Positions 26,356-37,738 of a DNA stretch of 63,711 bases are shown one piece after another. The first letter of the stretch is position 1, and every line of letters starts with the position of its first letter. The stretch is from a virus (Duplodnaviria; Caudoviricetes), in IMG/VR virus record IMGVR_UViG_3300021976_000012, positions 1 through 63,711 of that record. One strand, 5' to 3'. The position numbers and the translations under genes were made by a program. A model generated the notes under the pieces. It was not told where the DNA came from, did no database searches, and saw nothing but the letters and a program-made list of their open reading frames with translations.

Positions 26356-28671
26356 GTGTTGGGACACAAACACCCCTTAGCTAATTGTGAAAAATGCCCG
26401 TTCGAAAAAGCTCCTTTTGTACCAACACAAAATCCATATCCTCGTGCTAAGCTTGCTGTTGTTGGTGAAGCACCAGGAGCATATGAAGCTGGCCGTGGTA
26501 TCCCATTTACAGGTCCATCTGGTAAGCTTCTAGATCAAGTTTTACATCACCATGGTTACGAACGCTCCGAAGTAATGGTAACCAACATTTGTTTGTGTAG
26601 ACCAGCAAATAACGATGATCCACCCAAGGCAGCGATCGCGGCTTGCAAGCCTAGGCTTGACGCAGAGCTAGCTCACAGCGGCATAGAAAAGATTTTAGCC
26701 GTGGGTGGTACGGCAGCCAGTGCACTAATTGATCCGAAAAAGAAAATCTCATCATTACGCATCGGTCCACCAAAACCATATATTGAGAATCCTGAAATAA
26801 AAGTAGTAGCATCATGGCATCCAGCATACTGCCTAAGATCTCCAGATGCGTTTCCATCCCTTGTTTCCGACGCAGGAAAATTAAGAGGAAAATCAAATGC
26901 AACTTGGATTGACCCTGACTACAGAGTTTTTGAGTCTGGAACTAACATACGACAAGCGGTATCACGATTGGCAGAAATCAAGGGGCCTCTCGTTATCGAC
27001 ATTGAGTGCGGCGTTGAAAAAGACTTTTCTTTCGCCCACCCAAATCACTACAATCTACTCTGCTTGGGGATCGCATACGGTCCAAGGAAAGCAGTGGTAT
27101 TCGGTGGAAGTGGACTTAGCGAGCCGGCAGTACAGGCTGATGTCCTCTCCCTCCTTAGAAGCAAACGTCTTATCGGACATAACATCAAGTTCGACCTGGC
27201 TGGATTATTCCCAATCTTCGGGGAGCTAGAAGCTTATGCCGACACAATGTTACAATCTTACACCCTCGATGAACGTCCTGGTCAGCATGGACTCAAGAAG
27301 CTCGCTATCGAGTTATTGGGAGCACCTGATTGGGAAGCAGCGATTAAGAAATTTATTCCTAGGGGGAAAGATTATAGTCACATACCAAGACCAATACTAT
27401 ACAAGTACAACGCCTTCGATGTTGCTGCAACATGGGACCTGTGGGAATTATTCACTTCCCGCATGGGAGAACGAGAACATCAGCAACATGAATTCTTGAT
27501 TCAGGCATCTAATGCATTAATGGGTCTTGAACGTGCTGGCATGACGTTTGATATGGACTACAGTCTAGAACTTCAAGAGATGTTTGAGAAAGAACTTGAG
27601 GCACTAGAAGTTGAAATATCGAGCACCACAGGTAGGAACCTAAACCCGCGATCTCCGATGCAGATTACGAATTGGTTCGCGGAACAAGGCATGGTGTTAA
27701 GCACAACCAATGCCGACATGATGGAATTGATTCTAGGAAAAACGAACAATGAGAAAGTTAAAACATTTATCAACCAACTCTTATTACACCGTCGTAGAAG
27801 CAAACTTAATGGAACGTATATTAAAGGATTCCACAAACGTTTATATGAAGGTAAGATCTTCACAACATACACTCTTCACGGTACAACATCTGGCCGTCTC
27901 GCCTCCAAAAATCCGAACATGCAAAACATCGTACGCGACAAGAGGATTAAGAATCAGTTTACAGTTGAAACCGAAGGTAACGTACTTATTCAGGCAGACT
28001 ATAAACAAGCCGAGGGTCGTGTCATTACGACGCTGGCACAAGACGAATATCTAGCAAACATCTTCCGTGATCCTACTCGTGATATCTTCGATGAACTCTG
28101 CAATGATATCTATGGTGCTGGAAATTGGATAAAAGAAAATCGCGTAAGCATGAAGTCCATTTTTTATGGCAATGCTTATGGTAGAGGTGTCGCTGCTATT
28201 GCACTAGAGCTTCAACAGCAAGGCTCAAGTATTACTTTAGAAGAAACAAAAGATTTGATGCGTGAATTCAATGCACGCATTGCTAGTGTCATAGCATGGC
28301 AGGCTTCAATCAGACATAAGGTTCTCCATGGTGAAGATCTCACGACGCCGTTCGGCCGCAAACGATCCTTCTGGCTCATTACCGAACAAAACAAATCCGA
28401 CGTTGTTAATGAAGCCCTTAGCTTCTTACCACAATCCATTGCCTCTGATATCTGCGTCTCCGCTCTTATCAAACTACAGCCGAAACTACGCGGGCTGGCC
28501 ACGACGAGACTTACCATCCACGACGCTCTTATCGTTGAATGTAGAGACTCAGATTCTAGAGACGTAATAGATCTATTAAAGACTGAGATGACATTAGCAG
28601 GAGAAACATTCACTACATATGTGCCATTCGTAGTTGATGTTTCAACAGGTACTCGGTGGAGTGAATTGTGA
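26356..28671 (+). CDS. polA: family A DNA polymerase with an N-terminal family-4 uracil-DNA glycosylase and a 3'-5' exonuclease
   Basis: CEKCP, VGEAPG, CRP, HPAY (UDG); DIE, HNIKFD; TTSGRLAS, ADYKQAE, K..FYG..YG, TIHDA. Confidence 0.95.
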   Translation: MLGHKHPLANCEKCPFEKAPFVPTQNPYPRAKLAVVGEAPGAYEAGRGIPFTGPSGKLLDQVLHHHGYERSEVMVTNICLCRPANNDDPPKAAIAACKPRLDAELAHSGIEKILAVGGTAASALIDPKKKISSLRIGPPKPYIENPEIKVVASWHPAYCLRSPDAFPSLVSDAGKLRGKSNATWIDPDYRVFESGTNIRQAVSRLAEIKGPLVIDIECGVEKDFSFAHPNHYNLLCLGIAYGPRKAVVFGGSGLSEPAVQADVLSLLRSKRLIGHNIKFDLAGLFPIFGELEAYADTMLQSYTLDERPGQHGLKKLAIELLGAPDWEAAIKKFIPRGKDYSHIPRPILYKYNAFDVAATWDLWELFTSRMGEREHQQHEFLIQASNALMGLERAGMTFDMDYSLELQEMFEKELEALEVEISSTTGRNLNPRSPMQITNWFAEQGMVLSTTNADMMELILGKTNNEKVKTFINQLLLHRRRSKLNGTYIKGFHKRLYEGKIFTTYTLHGTTSGRLASKNPNMQNIVRDKRIKNQFTVETEGNVLIQADYKQAEGRVITTLAQDEYLANIFRDPTRDIFDELCNDIYGAGNWIKENRVSMKSIFYGNAYGRGVAAIALELQQQGSSITLEETKDLMREFNARIASVIAWQASIRHKVLHGEDLTTPFGRKRSFWLITEQNKSDVVNEALSFLPQSIASDICVSALIKLQPKLRGLATTRLTIHDALIVECRDSDSRDVIDLLKTEMTLAGETFTTYVPFVVDVSTGTRWSEL

Positions 28672-29186
28672 GTTTACTAATTCCTTTAACTCAAGGTAAA
28701 AGCTCTATAATAGATGATGAGATGTTCGACTTAGTATCTCAATTCAAGTGGTCATTTCATGAAAACCAGTATAGAGATGGTATAGCATATGCTGGTCGTA
28801 GCATTCGAGTGAACGGCAAACAGGTTACTCAATATATACACACATTAATTACTGACTACGATATGGTTAATCACATAAATGGTGATGGCCTTGATAATAG
28901 ATTGGAAAATCTTAGACCATCTAATAGAAGTCTTAATAGAAGTACTGCATTAAAAACAAGAACTTCAAAATCACACTACAAAGGTGCTTACTATCGTAGA
29001 TCTTCCAGAAAATGGAATGCACAGATTAGAATAAATGGTGTAACAGTAAGTTTAGGTTACTTTCAAAAAGAATCTGATGCGGCACGAGCATATGATGATG
29101 CAGCACGAATCCACTTTGGAGGATTTGCTACACTGAACTTTCCTCTAGATGGAGAAAGAGGTTGCCTACGTGGAAGACTTCACTGA
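28668..29186 (+). CDS. HNH-AP2 homing endonuclease
   Basis: HINGDGLDNRLENLR; YKG..W.AQI..LGYF..AARAYD. Confidence 0.92.
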   Translation: MSLLIPLTQGKSSIIDDEMFDLVSQFKWSFHENQYRDGIAYAGRSIRVNGKQVTQYIHTLITDYDMVNHINGDGLDNRLENLRPSNRSLNRSTALKTRTSKSHYKGAYYRRSSRKWNAQIRINGVTVSLGYFQKESDAARAYDDAARIHFGGFATLNFPLDGERGCLRGRLH

Positions 29187-30648
29187 AAGAAATATTGTAC
29201 ACAATGGAAAATGTATCAATGTAATTTGGGATGGCATAAACGTAAGTGTTGAAGTTCAAGATAATAGAGCGGCGTTTGTTACAAGTGTTAATGATTCCGA
29301 CATGTCAGTACGGGGAAACTTCAGCGTAAAATTTTTGGATAGCGTTGCCTTACAAAAAGGTTTTGGGAAATGATTAATTGGGATGAAATTAAAGAGATCC
29401 GTAAGAATGGCTGTCCACGCTGTGGAGCACAACTCGGTGGTCGAGATGGTGTGCATTACCACGGGTTATCAATTTGGTGCTTAAGTTGTAGTTGGGGAAA
29501 GAACTGGGAAAAAGATGGCGTTCTAGAGAAGAAGTAAACCACCACAGGTAGTGCAGCAGACTGAGCGATTTTATGATGAAATAACACACGAAACATATTT
29601 CAAAGAACCATGTCCTAAATGCGGTGGAAAAGTATGGTATGATCTATCATGCCATACTTATGGTGGCAATCCTGATGGTACCGGTTGGAAAGCTTGCCTT
29701 CCGTGCGACTCTGCTGCATACTTGTACTGTAAGACCAAGGACTGCCCATGGTCGTACACATGGGGACATAACAAAAATAATCCTAGATTCAAAGATGAAG
29801 AATCACGGCGTCCGTCATGGTTAGTTGGAGATTGGCCGTACTAACATGCCTAGAGCACGTAAGCCTTGTCGTTGGTGTGAAAAGGAAGTAGTTTGGAATG
29901 TAAAAGGATACTGGCAAGACAACGATGCACCATTCAGTATACAACGTACTTGTGACTTGAATCCACATCCACGAAAAAATGGGCATGAACCAAGAACAAC
30001 CTATCAGACAAGGGTACAGCCTAAGATTAGAGGTGTTAAAAAATGAGCATGAGTATGAACCAAGCAATGGCGGAAGTCAGAGCTACTGGTTGTGACGCTG
30101 AAAATCCTAGTATGTATTATAATGGCAATGGTAAATATATTTGTCGATGCATAGTATGTGCTAGATGTGACCACCATACTGGAAATAGTACTCAAGGTCA
30201 CTACTGGAAATATTGTAGAGTACAAGCAAAGTTCCATGAAAACCATAAAAGATCAGTTCTATACTGTAATCAATGTGAACCTGAGTATCACCTATGTTGT
30301 CCCGGCAATTGCGAAATCTATAATGAGGATGGTTCTAAGAAATAATGTACGAAGACGATGAAGAGTTAGAACAACAACCAAAGACTATAGAACAATATGA
30401 AGCAGATAGGAAATTATTCGACGCTATCGAAGAATGTATGAGAGCATATCTCGGTGATAAAGTTTCACAATTTACATTGACAGACTTCATAGCCTTGACA
30501 GCAATTCAGAAGATTTCTGAAGATGGAATCATAGTTACAAGATACCCAATGTGGGTTCGTGATGGTGATATTCCATGGTACAAGATTCAAGGTCTGATGA
30601 AAGTACATCAATTGCGAATGGACAAAGAAAGCATGAGTGAGAAGGATA

Positions 30649-31047
30649 ATGGATGACACTCTTGCAGTTGTAGGATCAATACATTTTGCTAAGGATCTCC
30701 ATAGCTTTCGCGTAGCTAGCGATTTTCTAGAAGAGTATATTTTACAAAATAAGCCTGATGCAATTGTATCTGGTGGGGCCTTTGGTATAGACGAACTTGC
30801 AATCGTTTGGGCTGAAGTATTACATATTCCATATGAAGAATTTCTTCCAACCAATAATCGTTGGGAGCCAGATGGATTCAAAGAACGCAATATTCAAATC
30901 GTAGAAGCGTGTACTAGACTAGTATGTATCCGCCATTATCTAGCTAAGACTTATGGTTCTGGTTGGACTGCTGATCATGCTGAAAGAAATCGCATCCCTG
31001 TGGAACGATATCTCTACAATGGTCGATATGAGATTGAGAAGTTATAA
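30649..31047 (+). CDS. SLOG-superfamily (DUF2493/YspA-like) protein
   Basis: AVVGS, IVSGGA.GID, RN..IV, SG.T. Confidence 0.75.
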   Translation: MDDTLAVVGSIHFAKDLHSFRVASDFLEEYILQNKPDAIVSGGAFGIDELAIVWAEVLHIPYEEFLPTNNRWEPDGFKERNIQIVEACTRLVCIRHYLAKTYGSGWTADHAERNRIPVERYLYNGRYEIEKL

Positions 31048-31523
31048 TGATTATATGCAACTTGTGTGGTCATGATGCTGATTATCATCACTTTGAAAAC
31101 AATAAGATATACTGTTCTAAGTGTCCAAATCGTAAATGCCAAGATGGACTAGATGGTCAACGTCATAGGGAAGAATTAAATGCTTGACTTCATATGTTGG
31201 TTTAGTAAAAGATTCTTTGACATTCATGATTACACCATTAGTCGTGGTGGCGATGGAGTTCCTAATCACTTCTATAAATACACATGCTGGAACTGTGGAA
31301 AGGAATTCCAAATATGAGATATAAAATCATAATTCAAGAAGAAAAAGAGTATTCAGAACAAGCACCACATGCTAGTCAAACCTTTCTTGATACAGTGTTA
31401 GAACTCACTTCTTCTGATCCTGATGTAGTAGCTGCTACTTTACATTCGTTCGCAAACAAAGTAGCTCCTACCAAACCTGTAACACGCATAAGAAGAGAAG
31501 AAAGTTTTGAGTGAGAGGGTGTC

Positions 31524-31862
31524 ATGTCAAATAATACTGAACCGAATGACAGTATTTGGTGGAGACTTGTACATCTAGAGCCAACATTACTACGTGGTCT
31601 TTTCACTGGTGCATTTGGTCTAGCAGGTACTCTTGGTATCTTTATTATACCTGGATTGCCTGATCAACTTCTTGGTTTCTGGGTTCCACTAATGGCTATA
31701 CTACAAATTATAATTACTCGTCCGGCTGTTACTGCCAATGCACGAGTACTAGCTTTAGTGCCTGATCCAGTAAACGCACCACAGGTAGTCGCGGCTGGAG
31801 AAGCAACAACTACAGCATCTCTAAAGGATATTACAAGAGCTGTTCAAGAATCGGGATCATAA
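31524..31862 (+). CDS. holin-like two-TM protein
   Basis: EP.LLRG.., two TM helices, R..VT motif. Confidence 0.55.
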   Translation: MSNNTEPNDSIWWRLVHLEPTLLRGLFTGAFGLAGTLGIFIIPGLPDQLLGFWVPLMAILQIIITRPAVTANARVLALVPDPVNAPQVVAAGEATTTASLKDITRAVQESGS

Positions 31863-32774
31863 TATGGCAACTAAAGTTAAGACTAGAAAAGTCGATGGCG
31901 AAATACTAGTTTCTCTGTGCATTAGATGTAAGTGCTGTTTAGCTGGTACTGGACACTGCTACACTTGTCACACTTCAACTTCTATTGCCAACATGTGTGG
32001 CTGTGGTGAGTGTGATGGAAAGGCAGATTCTTTCGTTGAACTAGAAGCAATGAGAGTTCAGCGGAGAAAAGTTAGATATGAGTACCGTTCAAGGGCGAGG
32101 ATTACACGCAATGGCAACGATGCCGCATTGTGATTCACGAGTACTTCATGCTCCTAGTGAATGTAAATACTGTGACGCATGGCCAAGTTGGCAAGAAGCT
32201 CGTAAGATGTGGGGTATTGCTTTTACTGGGCACGAACCACAGGATGGAGAAATCTGGTGCCCATCGGAACTTCATCGATCAGTTGAGACCATTAACTTGT
32301 GGCCAGGTAATAGACCGAAGGCAGAATCATGAGTAGAATTGTAAAAGTACAAAATAGGGTAGCATCAAAAACTGCAATTCAATGGACCGAAGAGAGTGTG
32401 GTTGAGACTTTAAAGTTCCTTGAAGATAACGATGTCGGCTACACATTCCATGAAATTAATAGTGGTGGCCAACTAGTAATCTACACTGGTGTTGGGCCAA
32501 TCCAAATTCCATTTGGACATTGGATCATTTTCGATCACCTAAACCAAGTTGGTAATTGTGAATCTAACGAGACATTTACTAGATCGTATGAAATTCTGGA
32601 AGAAACCAAAGACGACGATTCAACTGGATGAGATTAGAAACCATATGGTAATTATTAGCGGAGGAGATACCTTCTCCGGTAGATTAGTAAGCTTTTATTA
32701 TAGTAGTGACACATCTGGTGTTAGAAAATTAACGCTTGAGTTCATAGATGATAAATCTTTCATGGAGAGATACA

Positions 32775-33224
32775 GTGTCAATCGAGATCGTCTCCTTTGA
32801 TCCAGGTACTACAACTGGAGTTGCTACTCTTAATAACAATGACTATCGCACTTTTCAGATTAGACCTGACTTATATCCTCACCCGCACGAGACGCTATAC
32901 GATATGCTATCTGAGTTAAAGCCGAAGGTAGTTGCTTATGAAGCATTCCATTTTCGTCAGAATAAAACTGGTGCAATATTTACTGGTGTAGAATACATCG
33001 GTGTTATTGAACTATGGGCTCAGATGAATTATGCAGAGATAGTAAAGATTTCTCCAGGTGATGGCAAAGGCTTTTGGAATGATAATAAAATAAAGGCCAT
33101 TGATCTGTATAAGCCTGCTCATCCTCATGCTATGGATGCACTAAGAATTTTGCTTAGATATCAGATGAAGACTGATAAGGCTTTCATGGATCGAGTACTG
33201 CCCATTTTAAAAGAACGACTTTAG
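32775..33224 (+). CDS. RuvC-like Holliday junction resolvase
   Basis: SFDPGTTTGVA, VAYEAF, HAMDALR. Confidence 0.8.
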   Translation: MSIEIVSFDPGTTTGVATLNNNDYRTFQIRPDLYPHPHETLYDMLSELKPKVVAYEAFHFRQNKTGAIFTGVEYIGVIELWAQMNYAEIVKISPGDGKGFWNDNKIKAIDLYKPAHPHAMDALRILLRYQMKTDKAFMDRVLPILKERL

Positions 33225-33230
33225 GAGTAG

Positions 33231-33635
33231 TTGATGCTCAAGCGTTTCATCGTAGTATTACTTACTTGTATCGCAGCGATTACTGTTGTTGCTAGTCCAG
33301 CAATGGCTCGTACTCGTCCTGTTACTCTAACGATCACATCTAGTACGTGTGTAGATGCCAGATGGGTACTAACCCTTGCAGCTACTTCCACTACTACACG
33401 AACAGTTGATTACTCAGACGATACTGACTACGGTGTTAGAATTATTGAGCGCTCCATTGTACTACAACCAAACACTACTTACACAATTCAGTACGAGCCT
33501 GGTGGATCAGTTCAGAACCTGCATGGTGGATTATTCCAAGCAGGTTCTGGTGGTTGGGATGGCGAGTCTGATCCACTAGCCACAATCTTTACTTACGCCC
33601 CACACATTGCAAACCCTGGTGTTTATAGATGTTAG
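33231..33635 (+). CDS. secreted protein
   Basis: signal peptide ending ASPAMA. Confidence 0.65.
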   Translation: MMLKRFIVVLLTCIAAITVVASPAMARTRPVTLTITSSTCVDARWVLTLAATSTTTRTVDYSDDTDYGVRIIERSIVLQPNTTYTIQYEPGGSVQNLHGGLFQAGSGGWDGESDPLATIFTYAPHIANPGVYRC

Positions 33636-33910
33636 GAAAGCCTTTGAGGAAATTACCATTATCGCCATTAACACTAGATGCAGTTCAAGCTGAAGCAATT
33701 CGAGCACATCTCAAGCATGGCGATAATTCACTTCTTAATCCAAACTTGCACTGGTCACTGAAGCTTTCATCATTAATGGAAGAAGTTGGCGAGGTTGCAC
33801 ACGAGCTAACGTATGATGTTGAAGACAACAAAAATGATCTAGTTAAAGAGCTATTACAGGTTGCTTCGGTTGCATTGTGCTGGGTTGAATCATTGGAAGG
33901 TAACAAATGA
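33629..33910 (+). CDS. MazG-like nucleotide pyrophosphohydrolase
   Basis: LMEEVGEVA..L......ELLQVASVA. Confidence 0.8.
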   Translation: MLGKPLRKLPLSPLTLDAVQAEAIRAHLKHGDNSLLNPNLHWSLKLSSLMEEVGEVAHELTYDVEDNKNDLVKELLQVASVALCWVESLEGNK

Positions 33911-34260
33911 TTCTTAATCTAACTCCACATACAGTTACCATATTCAAGCCTGAAACTCCAGATAGAATTGGTGTCACTTTCGGATTAAAATCATACATTG
34001 TTGCCACTATAAAGTCATCGGAACCACTAAGACTAACTGAACTTGTAGCTAGTGCAGCCTATATCGATGGTATACTTGTAAATTGGGTTCGCTACGGAAA
34101 CCTCTCATATAACCCACCACAGGAGCAAGATACATACTACATAGTATCGCTAGCAACAGCACTAGCTGTCCGACGTGAAGATTTCCTAGTACCTCACCGT
34201 GAGGTACGCAACATGGATGGTGTCATCATAGGATGTAGAGCATTAGCAAAGCCATCTTAA
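33907..34260 (+). CDS. hypothetical phage protein
   Basis: NLTPH, YYIVS, R.D...P, VR..DG.IIGC. Confidence 0.7.
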   Translation: MILNLTPHTVTIFKPETPDRIGVTFGLKSYIVATIKSSEPLRLTELVASAAYIDGILVNWVRYGNLSYNPPQEQDTYYIVSLATALAVRREDFLVPHREVRNMDGVIIGCRALAKPS

Positions 34261-34281
34261 AATTTTATATCAAGACACACT

Positions 34282-34312
34282 AAAGGGGACCTACTTATTG
34301 TAGGTCCCCTTT
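34282..34312. terminator. bidirectional terminator between the convergent arms
   Basis: AAAGGGGACCTAC-TTATT-GTAGGTCCCCTTT. Confidence 0.9.
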
Positions 34313-36817
34313 TTAGTCTGTTTCGACTGTGATATCCTCCGGCATGGTAAACACTTCATCTTCTGGCATGAAGAATGCTTCATCTTCTGGAGTAACAACA
34401 GCTATAATATCTTTAGGCATAGTGAATACTAAATCAGCAGGCATTCTCATTGTTACATCTATTGTGACTTGCTTACCAATATGAGGATATCCAACAGTAG
34501 CCTGAGTTGTGATACCACCAGCAAATACATTTTTCGCTAGTATGCCAAGACTTACAATACTACTGCCGAAACGTACCTCACTGGTAATACCATGCGCCGC
34601 GACAGTTACCGATCCTGTGGTGACTGTAGGGCTTCCCAGACGCTCTGTGCTCGTTATACCGGTTGCATTTAAAGTGGTCGCTGTCCCAGTTACTGCCTGA
34701 CCAAAAGTTTCTGAAGATTTTATGCCATTTGCATTAATAGTATAAGTTGTAGTGACACTTGCGCTTCCTATGCGCTCAGATGTCGTTATGCTACTGGCAA
34801 CAATAGTAGCTGGACCCACAGTAACCGTAGGTGAACCAAGTGTTTCTGATGTGTATATTCCATTGGCAAGTATAGTGGAGGCACCAGCGGATACATTTGC
34901 ATTACCAACTGCATCACTAGATGCAATACTGTAAGCATTAACAGTGACTGCACTAGTAGTAATAGTTGGAGAACCAAGAACTTCTTGTCCTGGAATTCCT
35001 TGTGCTAATACTGTGCTTACACCAACAGAAACAGCAGCAAATCCAACAGCTTCTCCAGAGGTTATGCTGTTGGCAGATACTGTAACTGGACCTGTTGTAA
35101 TTGTTGTAGATCCAACGCCTTCTGAACTTTGAATACTTTGTGCTAATATTGAAGTTGCAGTTATAGCATTTATATTACCAAGAACTTCACTGCTTGGAAT
35201 ACCATTAGCATTAACTGTTATTGTGGTAGTTATTGTTGGAGAACCAAGCTTATCTGAACTTACAATTCCATTGGCATTAATGCTGCTAATGGTTGATACA
35301 GTTGGACTGCCAACAGCTTGGCTGCTAGTGATTCCGTTGGCAACAACACCCACTGTGGTGGTTACTGCTGAAGCACCAATGCGCTCGCTTGATGTAATTC
35401 CATTTGCGTTTATAGTTGTTGTGGTTGTTATAGTTGGTTGTCCAAGAATTTCAGATGATGGAATACCTTGAGCTAATGTTGAAGTAGCTGTTATAGTGTT
35501 CGGATTACCAAGTTGTTCAGAACTTGATATGCTATTTGCGTTTACAGTTACAGTGGTAGTTATTGATGGTTGTCCAACTCGTTCTGAAGTTGGAATACCT
35601 TGTGCGTTGATTGTAGTGATAATTGTAACAGATGGATTACTAACTGTTTCACTACTTGATATACCTTGAGCTTGAATGTTAATGGCTATCGAAGGGTTAC
35701 CTAGACGTTCTGAGCTTGTGATACCTTGTGCAGATATGGTTGCAGTCGACGTTATGACTGGTTGACCAAGAGTTTCTGAACTAGGAATACCTTGAGCTTG
35801 TACATTCGTTACACTAGCTATGTTTGCATTGCCCAATGTTTCAGAGCTTGAGATACCTTGTGCGGATATAGTTGCCGTTGTAGTTATAGTTGGTTGGCCT
35901 AAGACTTCAGAACTTGTGATGCCTTGTGCATTAGCTGTGTATGTACTCGTTACTGCTGATTGACCAAATATTTCAGATGAAGTAATACTATTGTTAACTA
36001 TATTCTGGTCTGCTGCACTAGTCTGAGCATAAGATGCATAGCGACTGTTGTGTGCGATGATCAGTTCAAGCAGAAGGTGTGGTGGGATGACTAGGTTGTA
36101 TGTACTACCCACAGTAGGAGCAGCACCAGGCTCTTCAAGAACTTCTGCATAAACCCAGCTTGTATTGAAACTAGATAAAGGTAGATTGACATTTAAAGTG
36201 TTACTGTTGCCATTAACGTCATCTGCTGATGTCCTACGGAAGAATCCGTAAGTGAATGTTGGTCCTGTTGCAGAGCCGCCATTGGCTATGGTACAGCCAG
36301 TGCCGGCTGTCTCTGCGCCTACATCATCCCAGTCACATACTACAATGAAACCTTGCCCGTTTGTACCTTGTGCAGTGTAGCTTTGTGAAATAGTTGTTGT
36401 TGAACTAGATCCCAATTTACCGTGAGCACCAATTGGTCCACTAAGCTTTTGACCTGTCAGTACTGTGATATGCAAAGCTGATTGACGATTGGTATTGGTT
36501 CCTGCTGATCCACTGGTAACAGTTACAGTCATAGCGGCTGACGTGCCGACTACCGCCCACCATTGTGCAGCCTGACCATCGACGGTAGGAGCATTGGTAT
36601 GAGATTGCCAATCCAATAGGGTATAAGTTAGTGGTGTACCAAGATTATCAGTGATTGTTGGTGTGGCTGGATTGATACCGCTTGGAGAGTTACCAGACCA
36701 TCTTATTAGTAAAAGTGAATTAGTAGGTGGTGTAAAGCTTGCTGATGTAACTGTTGCAACTGTGCCAACCGAATTAACTGCAATGACCGGGGTTGATGCA
36801 TCAATAGCAAGTGCCAT
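34313..36817 (-). CDS. virion/fibre protein with about 23 tandem 22-23-aa repeats
   Basis: repeat I.A[QN]GI.SSE.[LV]G.P.IT; end of the tail module. Confidence 0.75.
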   Translation of the reverse strand: MALAIDASTPVIAVNSVGTVATVTSASFTPPTNSLLLIRWSGNSPSGINPATPTITDNLGTPLTYTLLDWQSHTNAPTVDGQAAQWWAVVGTSAAMTVTVTSGSAGTNTNRQSALHITVLTGQKLSGPIGAHGKLGSSSTTTISQSYTAQGTNGQGFIVVCDWDDVGAETAGTGCTIANGGSATGPTFTYGFFRRTSADDVNGNSNTLNVNLPLSSFNTSWVYAEVLEEPGAAPTVGSTYNLVIPPHLLLELIIAHNSRYASYAQTSAADQNIVNNSITSSEIFGQSAVTSTYTANAQGITSSEVLGQPTITTTATISAQGISSSETLGNANIASVTNVQAQGIPSSETLGQPVITSTATISAQGITSSERLGNPSIAINIQAQGISSSETVSNPSVTIITTINAQGIPTSERVGQPSITTTVTVNANSISSSEQLGNPNTITATSTLAQGIPSSEILGQPTITTTTTINANGITSSERIGASAVTTTVGVVANGITSSQAVGSPTVSTISSINANGIVSSDKLGSPTITTTITVNANGIPSSEVLGNINAITATSILAQSIQSSEGVGSTTITTGPVTVSANSITSGEAVGFAAVSVGVSTVLAQGIPGQEVLGSPTITTSAVTVNAYSIASSDAVGNANVSAGASTILANGIYTSETLGSPTVTVGPATIVASSITTSERIGSASVTTTYTINANGIKSSETFGQAVTGTATTLNATGITSTERLGSPTVTTGSVTVAAHGITSEVRFGSSIVSLGILAKNVFAGGITTQATVGYPHIGKQVTIDVTMRMPADLVFTMPKDIIAVVTPEDEAFFMPEDEVFTMPEDITVETD

Positions 36818-36837
36818 GCCTCAACCTCCCGGTTGTA

Positions 36838-37140
36838 TTAGACGTTCAGACCAATGAGCTTTTTAGCATCAAAGTAAAAATCATTCGTCGATGCCTGCGT
36901 GCCAGTACCCTTAGCAATGCCTGAAAGATTCTTCATTGCTGTAAAAGCTGCACGAATTGTTGTGATTTCACCAGCCGTGTAACCCATAGCAGTAAGAACA
37001 GCATCAGTGCCCAATGCAGCATCATCTAGATATCCGTCTTTAAACTGAACACACGCTAGTAGTGATTCTCGGACGTTGACAATCATTGCGCCTATGCGAT
37101 TGTCAATGTCTACCTTTGTTACTGGATAACCAGTAGACAT
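36838..37140 (-). CDS. hypothetical protein in the tail module
   Basis: AGGAG RBS; operon context. Confidence 0.7.
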   Translation of the reverse strand: MSTGYPVTKVDIDNRIGAMIVNVRESLLACVQFKDGYLDDAALGTDAVLTAMGYTAGEITTIRAAFTAMKNLSGIAKGTGTQASTNDFYFDAKKLIGLNV

Positions 37141-37153
37141 TTGGACTCCTTAT

Positions 37154-37729
37154 TTAGTTGAGACGCATACAGGTGATGTTGTACGTGGTGATTGAATTGG
37201 ATGCTGACGAAGCACTCCAAGTAGCAGATACACCAACACGGTTGTCGATCGTCGTGTTGAGAGGTGAGACTGTGCGTAGTGCGGCAGTGATTGGAATCGG
37301 AACGCCGGTAAATGCCGTTAGTGATGTACCAAACTCCAAATCACCTTCACCAATCATTGTTCCAGTAGCACCAGTCTTGGTGACCTTACCTCGCCACTCC
37401 ATTCTCCATGGCATAGCTGTTAGTGCAGATGCTCCTGGAGCCATAGCTGATGATAATGCAATGTCAGTTACAACAGTTGGAGTTACACCATCATCAAGAT
37501 AAGTACCAAGATGCAGACCGAAGATAATAGTTGGAGATCCTGTTGTACAGCTATATTCGCCTTCGGCTTCAATCTTGATTACATCACCAACGAAGAGTGT
37601 TCCAGCCGGAATCCTTGGAATCGGAAGAGGACTAACATCTCTCTTTGTCGTGAATGTGTTGGCTGCTGTACCACTTACAGTTGCAAATGGTCCAAAACAT
37701 TCAACTATTGATGCGCCACCTAGTTTCAT
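37154..37729 (-). CDS. minor tail or structural beta protein
   Basis: G/T/S-rich; operon context. Confidence 0.65.
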   Translation of the reverse strand: MKLGGASIVECFGPFATVSGTAANTFTTKRDVSPLPIPRIPAGTLFVGDVIKIEAEGEYSCTTGSPTIIFGLHLGTYLDDGVTPTVVTDIALSSAMAPGASALTAMPWRMEWRGKVTKTGATGTMIGEGDLEFGTSLTAFTGVPIPITAALRTVSPLNTTIDNRVGVSATWSASSASNSITTYNITCMRLN

Positions 37730-37738
37730 ATTTTATCC

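Noticed and set aside
26356-29186. Group I intron or intein in polA associated with the HNH gene
   Set aside because: PolA motifs A, B and C are contiguous; the HNH gene is free-standing downstream
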